64,000 nt of DNA from Eledone cirrhosa (taxonomy: Eukaryota). Shown piece by piece: positions 1 through 15,000 of this stretch (its first letter is position 1; each line of letters opens with the position of its first letter). The stretch spans positions 32,364,001-32,428,000 of the forward strand of contig OZ024740.1 in assembly GCA_964016885.1 (NCBI GenBank). Reading direction: 5' to 3'. Both the position numbers and the translations under genes were made by a program. Below the pieces are notes generated by a model. That model made no database searches, was not told the DNA's origin, and was given only the letters and a program-made list of their open reading frames with translations.

Positions 1-3000
1 AATAGACATATGAACACATAGTAAAGTTGTTTATTAGTGATATAATAGACATATGAACACATAGTAAAGTTGTTTATTAGTGTTATAATAGACATATGAA
101 CACATAGTAAAGTTGTTTATTAGTGATATAATAGACATATGAAGACATAGTAAAGTTGTTTATTAGTGATATAATAGACATATGAACACTTAGTAAAGTT
201 GTGTTTATTAGTGTTATAATAGACATATGAAGACGTAGTAGAGTTGTTTATTAGTGATATAATGGACATATGAACACATAGTAAAGTTGTTTATTAGTGT
301 TATAATAGACATATGAAGACATAGTAAAGTTGTTTATTAGTGATATAATAGACATATGAAGACATAGTAAAGTTGTTTATTAGTGATATAATAGTTATAG
401 GAAGACATAGTAAAGTTGTTTATTAGTGATATAATAGACATGTGAAGACATAGTAAAGTTGTTTATTAGTGATATAATAGATATAGGAAGACATAGGAAA
501 GTTGTTTATTAGTGCTATAATAGACATATGAACACATAGTAAAGTTGTGTTTATTAGTGTTATAATAGACATATGAAGACATAGTTAAGTTGTGTTTATT
601 AGTGCTATAATAGACATATGAAGACATAGTAATGTTGTGTTTATTAGTGATATAATAGACATATGAAGACGTAGTAAAGTTGTTTATTAGTGATATAATA
701 GACATGAAGACATAGTAAAGTTGTTTATTAGTGCTATAATAGACATATGAAGACATAGTAAAGTTGTGTTTATTAGTGATATAATAGACATATGAAGACA
801 TAGTAAAGTTGTTTATTAGTGCCATAATAGACATATGAACACATAGTAAAGTTGTTTATTAGTGATATAATAGACATATGAACACATAGTAAAGTTGTTT
901 ATTAGTGTTATAATAGACATATGGAGACATAGTAAAGTTGTTTATTAGTGATATAATAGACATATGAAGACATAGTAAAGTTGTGTTTATTAATGATATA
1001 ATAGACATATGAAGACATAGTAAGGTTGTTTATTAGTGATATAATGTATATAGGAAGACGTAGTAAAGTTGTTTATTAGTGATATAATAGACATGTGAAG
1101 ACTGAGTAAAGTTGTGTTTATTAGTGATATAATAGACATATGAAGACGTAGTAAAGTTGTGTTTATTAATGATATAATAGACATATGAAGACATAGTAAA
1201 GTTGTTTATTAGTGCTATAATAGACATATGAACACCTAGTAAAGTTGTTTATTATTGATATAATAGACATATGTAGACATAGTAAGGTTGTTTATTAGTG
1301 CTATAACAGACATATGAAGACGTAGTAAAGTTGTGTTTATTAGTGATATAATAGACATATGAAGACGTAGTAAAGTTGTTTATTAGTGATATAATAGACA
1401 TGAAGACATAGTAAAGTTGTTTATTAGTGATATAATAGACATATGAAGACATAGTAAAGTTGTTTATTAGTGATATAATAGACATATGAACACTTAGTAA
1501 AATTGTGTTTATTAGTGTTATAATAGACATATGAAGACATAGTAAAGTTGTTTATTAGTGATATAATAGACATATGAAGACATAGTAAAGTTGTTTATTA
1601 GTGTTATAATAGATATAGGAAGACATAAAGTTGTTTATTAGTGCTATAATAGACATATGAACACATAGTAAAGTTGTTTATTAGTGCTATAATAGACATA
1701 TGAAGACAGTAAAGTTGTTTATTAGTGATATAATAGACATATGAAGACATAGTAAAGTTGTTTATTAGTGATGTAATAGACATGAACACTTAGTAAAGTT
1801 GTGTTTATTAGTGATATAATAGACATATGAACACATAGTAAAGTTGTTTATTAGTGATATAATAGACATATGAACACATAGTAAAGTTGTTTATTAGTGA
1901 TATAATAGACATATGAACACATAGTAAAGTTGTTTATTAGTGTTATAATAGACATATGAACACATAGTAAAGTTGTTTATTAGTGATATAATAGACATAT
2001 GAAGACATAGTAAAGTTGTTTATTAGTGATATAATAGACATATGAACACTTAGTAAAGTTGTGTTTATTAGTGTTATAATAGACATATGAAGACGTAGTA
2101 GAGTTGTTTATTAGTGATATAATGGACATATGAACACATAGTAAAGTTGTTTATTAGTGTTATAATAGACATATGAAGACATAGTAAAGTTGTTTATTAG
2201 TGATATAATAGACATATGAAGACATAGTAAAGTTGTTTATTAGTGATATAATAGTTATAGGAAGACATAGTAAAGTTGTTTATTAGTGATATAATAGACA
2301 TGTGAAGACATAGTAAAGTTGTTTATTAGTGATATAATAGATATAGGAAGACATAGGAAAGTTGTTTATTAGTGCTATAATAGACATATGAACACATAGT
2401 AAAGTTGTGTTTATTAGTGTTATAATAGACATATGAAGACATAGTAATGTTGTGTTTATTAGTGATATAATAGACATATGAAGACGTAGTAAAGTTGTTT
2501 ATTAGTGATATAATAGACATGAAGACATAGTAAAGTTGTTTATTAGTGCTATAATAGACATATGAAGACATAGTAAAGTTGTGTTTATTAGTGATATAAT
2601 AGACATATGAAGACATAGTAAAGTTGTTTATTAGTGCCATAATAGACATATGAACACATAGTAAAGTTGTTTATTAGTGATATAATAGACATATGAACAC
2701 ATAGTAAAGTTGTTTATTAGTGTTATAATAGACATATGGAGACATAGTAAAGTTGTTTATTAGTGATATAATAGACATATGAAGACATAGTAAAGTTGTG
2801 TTTATTAATGATATAATAGACATATGAAGACATAGTAAGGTTGTTTATTAGTGATATAATGTATATAGGAAGACGTAGTAAAGTTGTTTATTAGTGATAT
2901 AATAGACATGTGAAGACTGAGTAAAGTTGTGTTTATTAGTGATATAATAGACATATGAAGACGTAGTAAAGTTGTGTTTATTAATGATATAATAGACATA

Positions 3001-6000
3001 TGAAGACATAGTAAAGTTGTTTATTAGTGCTATAATAGACATATGAACACCTAGTAAAGTTGTTTATTATTGATATAATAGACATATGTAGACATAGTAA
3101 GGTTGTTTATTAGTGCTATAACAGACATATGAAGACGTAGTAAAGTTGTGTTTATTAGTGATATAATAGACATATGAAGACGTAGTAAAGTTGTTTATTA
3201 GTGATATAATAGACATGAAGACATAGTAAAGTTGTTTATTAGTGATATAATAGACATATGAAGACATAGTAAAGTTGTTTATTAGTGATATAATAGACAT
3301 ATGAACACTTAGTAAAATTGTGTTTATTAGTGTTATAATAGACATATGAAGACGTAGTAGAGTTGTTTATTAGTGATATGATAGACATATGAAGACGTAG
3401 TAAAGTTGTGTTTATTAATGATATAATAGACATATGAAGACATAGTAAAGTTGTTTATTAGTGCTATAATAGACATATGAACACCTAGTAAAGTTGTTTA
3501 TTATTGATATAATAGACATATGTAGACATAGTAAGGTTGTTTATTAGTGCTATAACAGACATATGAAGACGTAGTAAAGTTGTGTTTATTAGTGATATAA
3601 TAGACATATGAAGATGTAGTAAAGTTGTTTATTAGTAATATAATAGACATGTGAAGACATAGTAAAGTTGTTTATTAGTGATATAATAGACATGTGCAGA
3701 CATAGTAAAGTTGTTTATTAGTGATATGATAGACATAGGAAGACATAGTAAAGTTGTGTTTATTAGTGATATAATAGATATATGAAGACATAGTAAAGTT
3801 GTTTATTAGTGCTATAATAGACATATGAACACATAGTAAAGTTATTTATTAGTGATATAATATATATAGGAAGACATAGTAAAGTTGTTTATTAGTGATA
3901 TAATAGACATATGAAGACATAGTAAAGTTGTTTATTAGTGCTATAATAGACATATGAAGAGTGAGTAAAGTTGTGTTTATTAGTGATATAATAGACATAT
4001 GAAGATAGTAAATTTGTTTATTAGTGCTATAATAGACATATGAAGTCGTGGTAAAGTTGTTTATTAGTGAGATAATAGACATATGAAGACATAGTCTAAC
4101 CCATGCTAGCGTGGAAGATGGACGTGATATGAAGATATAGTAATGTTGTGTTTATTAGTGATATAATAGACATGAAGACATAGTAAAGTTGTGTTTATTA
4201 GTGTTATAATAGAGATATGAAGACATAAAGTTGTTTATTAGTGATATAATAGACATATGAACACTTAGTAAAGTTGTGTTTATTAGTGTTATAATAGACA
4301 TATGAAGACGCAAAGTTGTTTATTAATGATATAATAGACATATGAAGACATAGTAAAGTTGTGTTTATTAGTGATATAATAGACATATGAAAACATAGTA
4401 AAGTTGTTTATTAGTGATATAATAGACATATGAAGACATAGTAAAGTTGTGTTTATTAGTGTTATAATAGAGATATGAAGACGTAAAGTTGTTTATTAGT
4501 GATATAATAGACATATGAAGACATAGTAAAGTTGTTTATTAGTGATATAATAGATATAGGAAGACATAGTAAAGTTGTTTATTAGTGCTATAATAGACAT
4601 ATGAAGACGTAAAGTTGTTTATTAGTGATGTAATAGACATATGAACACATAGTAAAGTTGTTTATTAGTGATATAATAGACATAAGAAGACGTAGTAAAG
4701 TTGTGTTTATTAGTGTTATAATAGACATATGAACACATAGTAAAGTTGTTTATTAGTGCTATAATAGACATGAAGACATAGTAAAGTTGTGTTTATTAGT
4801 GATATAATAGACATATGAAGACATAGTAAAGTTGTGTTTATTAGTGATATAATAGACATATGAAGACATAGTAAAGTTGTGTTTATTAGTGATATAATAG
4901 ACATGAAGACATAGTAAAGTTGAGTTTATTAGTGTTATAATAGACATGAAGACATAGTAAAGTTGAGTTTATTAGTGATATAATAGACATATGAAGACAT
5001 AGTAAAGTTGTTTATTAGTGATATAATAGACATATGAACACTTAATAAAGTTGTGTTTATTAGTGTTATAATAGACATATGAAGACATAGTAAAGTTGTT
5101 TATTAGTGATATAATAGACATATGAAGACATAGTAAAGTTGTTTATTAGTGTTATAATAGACATATGAAGACATAGTAAAGTTGTTTATTAGTGATATAA
5201 TAGACATATGAAGACGTAGTAAAGTTGTTTATTTGTGATATAATAGACATATGTGAGCCATGGTAAAGTTGTTTATTAGTGATATAATAGACATGAAGAC
5301 ATAGTAAAGTTGTTTATTAGTGATATGATAGATATAGGAAGACATAGTAAAGTTGTTTATTAGTGTTATAATAAACATATGAAGACGTAGTAAAGTTGTG
5401 TTTATTAGTGATATAATAGACATATGAAGACATAGTAAAGTTGTTTATTAGTGATATAATAGACATATGAAGACATAGTAAAGTTGTTTATTAGTGATAT
5501 AATAGACATATGAAGACATAGTAAAGTTGTTTATTAGTGTTATAATAGATATAGGAAGACATAAAGTTGTTTATTAGTGCTATAATAGACATATGAACAC
5601 ATAGTAAAGTTGTTTATTAGTGCTATAATAGACATATGAAGACAGTAAAGTTGTTTATTAGTGATATAATAGACATATGAAGACATAGTAAAGTTGTTTA
5701 TTAGTGATGTAATAGACATGAACACTTAGTAAAGTTGTGTTTATTAGTGATATAATAGACATATGAACACATAGTAAAGTTGTTTATTAGTGATATAATA
5801 GACATATGAACACATAGTAAAGTTGTTTATTAGTGATATAATAGACATATGAACACATAGTAAAGTTGTTTATTAGTGTTATAATAGACATATGAACACA
5901 TAGTAAAGTTGTTTATTAGTGATATAATAGACATATGAAGACATAGTAAAGTTGTTTATTAGTGATATAATAGACATATGAACACTTAGTAAAGTTGTGT

Positions 6001-9000
6001 TTATTAGTGTTATAATAGACATATGAAGACGTAGTAGAGTTGTTTATTAGTGATATAATGGACATATGAACACATAGTAAAGTTGTTTATTAGTGTTATA
6101 ATAGACATATGAAGACATAGTAAAGTTGTTTATTAGTGATATAATAGACATATGAAGACATAGTAAAGTTGTTTATTAGTGATATAATAGTTATAGGAAG
6201 ACATAGTAAAGTTGTTTATTAGTGATATAATAGACATGTGAAGACATAGGAAAGTTGTTTATTAGTGCTATAATAGACATATGAACACATAGTAAAGTTG
6301 TGTTTATTAGTGTTATAATAGACATATGAAGACATAGTTAAGTTGTGTTTATTAGTGCTATAATAGACATATGAAGACATAGTAATGTTGTGTTTATTAG
6401 TGATATAATAGACATATGAAGACGTAGTAAAGTTGTTTATTAGTGATATAATAGACATGAAGACATAGTAAAGTTGTTTATTAGTGCTATAATAGACATA
6501 TGAAGACATAGTAAAGTTGTGTTTATTAGTGATATAATAGACATATGAAGACATAGTAAAGTTGTTTATTAGTGCCATAATAGACATATGAACACATAGT
6601 AAAGTTGTTTATTAGTGATATAATAGACATATGAACACATAGTAAAGTTGTTTATTAGTGTTATAATAGACATATGGAGACATAGTAAAGTTGTTTATTA
6701 GTGATATAATAGACATATGAAGACATAGTAAAGTTGTGTTTATTAATGATATAATAGACATATGAAGACATAGTAAGGTTGTTTATTAGTGATATAATGT
6801 ATATAGGAAGACGTAGTAAAGTTGTTTATTAGTGATATAATAGACATGTGAAGACTGAGTAAAGTTGTGTTTATTAGTGATATAATAGACATATGAAGAC
6901 GTAGTAAAGTTGTGTTTATTAATGATATAATAGACATATGAAGACATAGTAAAGTTGTTTATTAGTGCTATAATAGACATATGAACACCTAGTAAAGTTG
7001 TTTATTATTGATATAATAGACATATGTAGACATAGTAAGGTTGTTTATTAGTGCTATAACAGACATATGAAGACGTAGTAAAGTTGTGTTTATTAGTGAT
7101 ATAATAGACATATGAAGACGTAGTAAAGTTGTTTATTAGTGATATAATAGACATGAAGACATAGTAAAGTTGTTTATTAGTGATATAATAGACATATGAA
7201 GACATAGTAAAGTTGTTTATTAGTGATATAATAGACATATGAACACTTAGTAAAATTGTGTTTATTAGTGTTATAATAGACATATGAAGACATAGTAAAG
7301 TTGTTTATTAGTGATATAATAGACATATGAAGACATAGTAAAGTTGTTTATTAGTGTTATAATAGACATATGAAGACATAGTAAAGTTGTTTATTAGTGA
7401 TATAATAGACATATGAAGACGTAGTAAAGTTGTTTATTTGTGATATAATAGACATATGTGAGCCATGGTAAAGTTGTTTATTAGTGATATAATAGACATG
7501 AAGACATAGTAAAGTTGTTTATTAGTGATATGATAGATATAGGAAGACATAGTAAAGTTGTTTATTAGTGTTATAATAAACATATGAAGACGTAGTAAAG
7601 TTGTGTTTATTAGTGATATAATAGACATATGAAGACATAGTAAAGTTGTTTATTAGTGATATAATAGACATATGAAGACATAGTAAAGTTGTTTATTAGT
7701 GTTATAATAGATATAGGAAGACATAAAGTTGTTTATTAGTGCTATAATAGACATATGAACACATAGTAAAGTTGTTTATTAGTGCTATAATAGACATATG
7801 AAGACAGTAAAGTTGTTTATTAGTGATATAATAGACATATGAAGACATAGTAAAGTTGTTTATTAGTGATGTAATAGACATGAACACTTAGTAAAGTTGT
7901 GTTTATTAGTGATATAATAGACATATGAACACATAGTAAAGTTGTTTATTAGTGATATAATAGACATATGAACACATAGTAAAGTTGTTTATTAGTGATA
8001 TAATAGACATATGAACACATAGTAAAGTTGTTTATTAGTGTTATAATAGACATATGAACACATAGTAAAGTTGTTTATTAGTGATATAATAGACATATGA
8101 AGACATAGTAAAGTTGTTTATTAGTGATATAATAGACATATGAACACTTAGTAAAGTTGTGTTTATTAGTGTTATAATAGACATATGAAGACGTAGTAGA
8201 GTTGTTTATTAGTGATATAATGGACATATGAACACATAGTAAAGTTGTTTATTAGTGTTATAATAGACATATGAAGACATAGTAAAGTTGTTTATTAGTG
8301 ATATAATAGACATATGAAGACATAGTAAAGTTGTTTATTAGTGATATAATAGTTATAGGAAGACATAGTAAAGTTGTTTATTAGTGATATAATAGACATG
8401 TGAAGACATAGTAAAGTTGTTTATTAGTGATATAATAGATATAGGAAGACATAGGAAAGTTGTTTATTAGTGCTATAATAGACATATGAACACATAGTAA
8501 AGTTGTGTTTATTAGTGTTATAATAGACATATGAAGACATAGTAATGTTGTGTTTATTAGTGATATAATAGACATATGAAGACGTAGTAAAGTTGTTTAT
8601 TAGTGATATAATAGACATGAAGACATAGTAAAGTTGTTTATTAGTGCTATAATAGACATATGAAGACATAGTAAAGTTGTGTTTATTAGTGATATAATAG
8701 ACATATGAAGACATAGTAAAGTTGTTTATTAGTGCCATAATAGACATATGAACACATAGTAAAGTTGTTTATTAGTGATATAATAGACATATGAACACAT
8801 AGTAAAGTTGTTTATTAGTGTTATAATAGACATATGGAGACATAGTAAAGTTGTTTATTAGTGATATAATAGACATATGAAGACATAGTAAAGTTGTGTT
8901 TATTAATGATATAATAGACATATGAAGACATAGTAAGGTTGTTTATTAGTGATATAATGTATATAGGAAGACGTAGTAAAGTTGTTTATTAGTGATATAA

Positions 9001-12000
9001 TAGACATGTGAAGACTGAGTAAAGTTGTGTTTATTAGTGATATAATAGACATATGAAGACGTAGTAAAGTTGTGTTTATTAATGATATAATAGACATATG
9101 AAGACATAGTAAAGTTGTTTATTAGTGCTATAATAGACATATGAACACCTAGTAAAGTTGTTTATTATTGATATAATAGACATATGTAGACATAGTAAGG
9201 TTGTTTATTAGTGCTATAACAGACATATGAAGACGTAGTAAAGTTGTGTTTATTAGTGATATAATAGACATATGAAGATGTAGTAAAGTTGTTTATTAGT
9301 AATATAATAGACATGTGAAGACATAGTAAAGTTGTTTATTAGTGATATAATAGACATGTGCAGACATAGTAAAGTTGTTTATTAGTGATATGATAGACAT
9401 AGGAAGACATAGTAAAGTTGTGTTTATTAGTGATATAATAGATATATGAAGACATAGTAAAGTTGTTTATTAGTGCTATAATAGACATATGAACACATAG
9501 TAAAGTTATTTATTAGTGATATAATATATATAGGAAGACATAGTAAAGTTGTTTATTAGTGATATAATAGACATATGAAGACATAGTAAAGTTGTTTATT
9601 AGTGCTATAATAGACATATGAAGAGTGAGTAAAGTTGTGTTTATTAGTGATATAATAGACATATGAAGATAGTAAATTTGTTTATTAGTGCTATAATAGA
9701 CATATGAAGTCGTGGTAAAGTTGTTTATTAGTGAGATAATAGACATATGAAGACATAGTCTAACCCATGCTAGCGTGGAAGATGGACGTGATATGAAGAT
9801 ATAGTAATGTTGTGTTTATTAGTGATATAATAGACATGAAGACATAGTAAAGTTGTGTTTATTAGTGTTATAATAGAGATATGAAGACATAAAGTTGTTT
9901 ATTAGTGATATAATAGACATATGAACACTTAGTAAAGTTGTGTTTATTAGTGTTATAATAGACATATGAAGACGCAAAGTTGTTTATTAATGATATAATA
10001 GACATATGAAGACATAGTAAAGTTGTGTTTATTAGTGATATAATAGACATATGAAAACATAGTAAAGTTGTTTATTAGTGATATAATAGACATATGAAGA
10101 CATAGTAAAGTTGTGTTTATTAGTGTTATAATAGAGATATGAAGACGTAAAGTTGTTTATTAGTGATATAATAGACATATGAAGACATAGTAAAGTTGTT
10201 TATTAGTGATATAATAGATATAGGAAGACATAGTAAAGTTGTTTATTAGTGCTATAATAGACATATGAAGACGTAAAGTTGTTTATTAGTGATGTAATAG
10301 ACATATGAACACATAGTAAAGTTGTTTATTAGTGATATAATAGACATAAGAAGACGTAGTAAAGTTGTGTTTATTAGTGTTATAATAGACATATGAACAC
10401 ATAGTAAAGTTGTTTATTAGTGCTATAATAGACATGAAGACATAGTAAAGTTGTGTTTATTAGTGATATAATAGACATATGAAGACATAGTAAAGTTGTG
10501 TTTATTAGTGATATAATAGACATATGAAGACATAGTAAAGTTGTGTTTATTAGTGATATAATAGACATGAAGACATAGTAAAGTTGAGTTTATTAGTGTT
10601 ATAATAGACATGAAGACATAGTAAAGTTGAGTTTATTAGTGATATAATAGACATATGAAGACATAGTAAAGTTGTTTATTAGTGATATAATAGACATATG
10701 AACACTTAATAAAGTTGTGTTTATTAGTGTTATAATAGACATATGAAGACATAGTAAAGTTGTTTATTAGTGATATAATAGACATATGAAGACATAGTAA
10801 AGTTGTTTATTAGTGTTATAATAGACATATGAAGACATAGTAAAGTTGTTTATTAGTGATATAATAGACATATGAAGACGTAGTAAAGTTGTTTATTTGT
10901 GATATAATAGACATATGTGAGCCATGGTAAAGTTGTTTATTAGTGATATAATAGACATGAAGACATAGTAAAGTTGTTTATTAGTGATATGATAGATATA
11001 GGAAGACATAGTAAAGTTGTTTATTAGTGTTATAATAAACATATGAAGACGTAGTAAAGTTGTGTTTATTAGTGATATAATAGACATATGAAGACATAGT
11101 AAAGTTGTTTATTAGTGATATAATAGACATATGAAGACATAGTAAAGTTGTTTATTAGTGATATAATAGACATATGAAGACATAGTAAAGTTGTTTATTA
11201 GTGTTATAATAGATATAGGAAGACATAAAGTTGTTTATTAGTGCTATAATAGACATATGAACACATAGTAAAGTTGTTTATTAGTGCTATAATAGACATA
11301 TGAAGACAGTAAAGTTGTTTATTAGTGATATAATAGACATATGAAGACATAGTAAAGTTGTTTATTAGTGATGTAATAGACATGAACACTTAGTAAAGTT
11401 GTGTTTATTAGTGATATAATAGACATATGAACACATAGTAAAGTTGTTTATTAGTGATATAATAGACATATGAACACATAGTAAAGTTGTTTATTAGTGA
11501 TATAATAGACATATGAACACATAGTAAAGTTGTTTATTAGTGTTATAATAGACATATGAACACATAGTAAAGTTGTTTATTAGTGATATAATAGACATAT
11601 GAAGACATAGTAAAGTTGTTTATTAGTGATATAATAGACATATGAACACTTAGTAAAGTTGTGTTTATTAGTGTTATAATAGACATATGAAGACGTAGTA
11701 GAGTTGTTTATTAGTGATATAATGGACATATGAACACATAGTAAAGTTGTTTATTAGTGTTATAATAGACATATGAAGACATAGTAAAGTTGTTTATTAG
11801 TGATATAATAGACATATGAAGACATAGTAAAGTTGTTTATTAGTGATATAATAGTTATAGGAAGACATAGTAAAGTTGTTTATTAGTGATATAATAGACA
11901 TGTGAAGACATAGTAAAGTTGTTTATTAGTGATATAATAGATATAGGAAGACATAGGAAAGTTGTTTATTAGTGCTATAATAGACATATGAACACATAGT

Positions 12001-15000
12001 AAAGTTGTGTTTATTAGTGTTATAATAGACATATGAAGACATAGTTAAGTTGTGTTTATTAGTGCTATAATAGACATATGAAGACATAGTAATGTTGTGT
12101 TTATTAGTGATATAATAGACATATGAAGACGTAGTAAAGTTGTTTATTAGTGATATAATAGACATGAAGACATAGTAAAGTTGTTTATTAGTGCTATAAT
12201 AGACATATGAAGACATAGTAAAGTTGTGTTTATTAGTGATATAATAGACATATGAAGACATAGTAAAGTTGTTTATTAGTGCCATAATAGACATATGAAC
12301 ACATAGTAAAGTTGTTTATTAGTGATATAATAGACATATGAACACATAGTAAAGTTGTTTATTAGTGTTATAATAGACATATGGAGACATAGTAAAGTTG
12401 TTTATTAGTGATATAATAGACATATGAAGACATAGTAAAGTTGTGTTTATTAATGATATAATAGACATATGAAGACATAGTAAGGTTGTTTATTAGTGAT
12501 ATAATGTATATAGGAAGACGTAGTAAAGTTGTTTATTAGTGATATAATAGACATGTGAAGACTGAGTAAAGTTGTGTTTATTAGTGATATAATAGACATA
12601 TGAAGACGTAGTAAAGTTGTGTTTATTAATGATATAATAGACATATGAAGACATAGTAAAGTTGTTTATTAGTGCTATAATAGACATATGAACACCTAGT
12701 AAAGTTGTTTATTATTGATATAATAGACATATGTAGACATAGTAAGGTTGTTTATTAGTGCTATAACAGACATATGAAGACGTAGTAAAGTTGTGTTTAT
12801 TAGTGATATAATAGACATATGAAGACGTAGTAAAGTTGTTTATTAGTGATATAATAGACATGAAGACATAGTAAAGTTGTTTATTAGTGATATAATAGAC
12901 ATATGAAGACATAGTAAAGTTGTTTATTAGTGATATAATAGACATATGAACACTTAGTAAAATTGTGTTTATTAGTGTTATAATAGACATATGAAGACGT
13001 AGTAGAGTTGTTTATTAGTGATATGATAGACATATGAAGACGTAGTAAAGTTGTGTTTATTAATGATATAATAGACATATGAAGACATAGTAAAGTTGTT
13101 TATTAGTGCTATAATAGACATATGAACACCTAGTAAAGTTGTTTATTATTGATATAATAGACATATGTAGACATAGTAAGGTTGTTTATTAGTGCTATAA
13201 CAGACATATGAAGACGTAGTAAAGTTGTGTTTATTAGTGATATAATAGACATATGAAGATGTAGTAAAGTTGTTTATTTGTGATATAATAGACATATGAA
13301 CACATAGTAAAGTTGTTTATTAGTGATATAATAGACATATGAACACATAGTAAAGTTGTTTATTAGTGTTATAATAGACATATGAACACATAGTAAAGTT
13401 GTTTATTAGTGATATAATAGACATATGAAGACATAGTAAAGTTGTTTATTAGTGATATAATAGACATATGAACACTTAGTAAAGTTGTGTTTATTAGTGT
13501 TATAATAGACATATGAAGACGTAGTAGAGTTGTTTATTAGTGATATAATGGACATATGAACACATAGTAAAGTTGTTTATTAGTGTTATAATAGACATAT
13601 GAAGACATAGTAAAGTTGTTTATTAGTGATATAATAGACATATGAAGACATAGTAAAGTTGTTTATTAGTGATATAATAGTTATAGGAAGACATAGTAAA
13701 GTTGTTTATTAGTGATATAATAGACATGTGAAGACATAGTAAAGTTGTTTATTAGTGATATAATAGATATAGGAAGACATAGGAAAGTTGTTTATTAGTG
13801 CTATAATAGACATATGAACACATAGTAAAGTTGTGTTTATTAGTGTTATAATAGACATATGAAGACATAGTTAAGTTGTGTTTATTAGTGCTATAATAGA
13901 CATATGAAGACATAGTAATGTTGTGTTTATTAGTGATATAATAGACATATGAAGACGTAGTAAAGTTGTTTATTAGTGATATAATAGACATGAAGACATA
14001 GTAAAGTTGTTTATTAGTGCTATAATAGACATATGAAGACATAGTAAAGTTGTGTTTATTAGTGATATAATAGACATATGAAGACATAGTAAAGTTGTTT
14101 ATTAGTGCCATAATAGACATATGAACACATAGTAAAGTTGTTTATTAGTGATATAATAGACATATGAACACATAGTAAAGTTGTTTATTAGTGTTATAAT
14201 AGACATATGGAGACATAGTAAAGTTGTTTATTAGTGATATAATAGACATATGAAGACATAGTAAAGTTGTGTTTATTAATGATATAATAGACATATGAAG
14301 ACATAGTAAGGTTGTTTATTAGTGATATAATGTATATAGGAAGACGTAGTAAAGTTGTTTATTAGTGATATAATAGACATGTGAAGACTGATTAAAGTTG
14401 TGTTTATTAGTGATATAATAGACATATGAAGACGTAGTAGAGTTGTTTATTAGTGATATAATAGACATATGAAGACGTAGTAAAGTTGTGTTTATTAATG
14501 ATATAATAGACATATGAAGACATAGTAAAGTTGTTTATTAGTGCTATAATAGACATATGAACACCTAGTAAAGTTGTTTATTATTGATATAATAGACATA
14601 TGTAGACATAGTAAGGTTGTTTATTAGTGCTATAACAGACATATGAAGACGTAGTAAAGTTGTGTTTATTAGTGATATAATAGACATATGAAGACGTAGT
14701 AAAGTTGTTTATTAGTGATATAATAGACATGAAGACATAGTAAAGTTGTTTATTAGTGATATAATAGACATATGAAGACATAGTAAAGTTGTTTATTAGT
14801 GATATAATAGACATATGAACACTTAGTAAAATTGTGTTTATTAGTGTTATAATAGACATATGAAGACGTAGTAGAGTTGTTTATTAGTGATATGATAGAC
14901 ATATGAAGACGTAGTAAAGTTGTGTTTATTAATGATATAATAGACATATGAAGACATAGTAAAGTTGTTTATTAGTGCTATAATAGACATATGAACAGAT

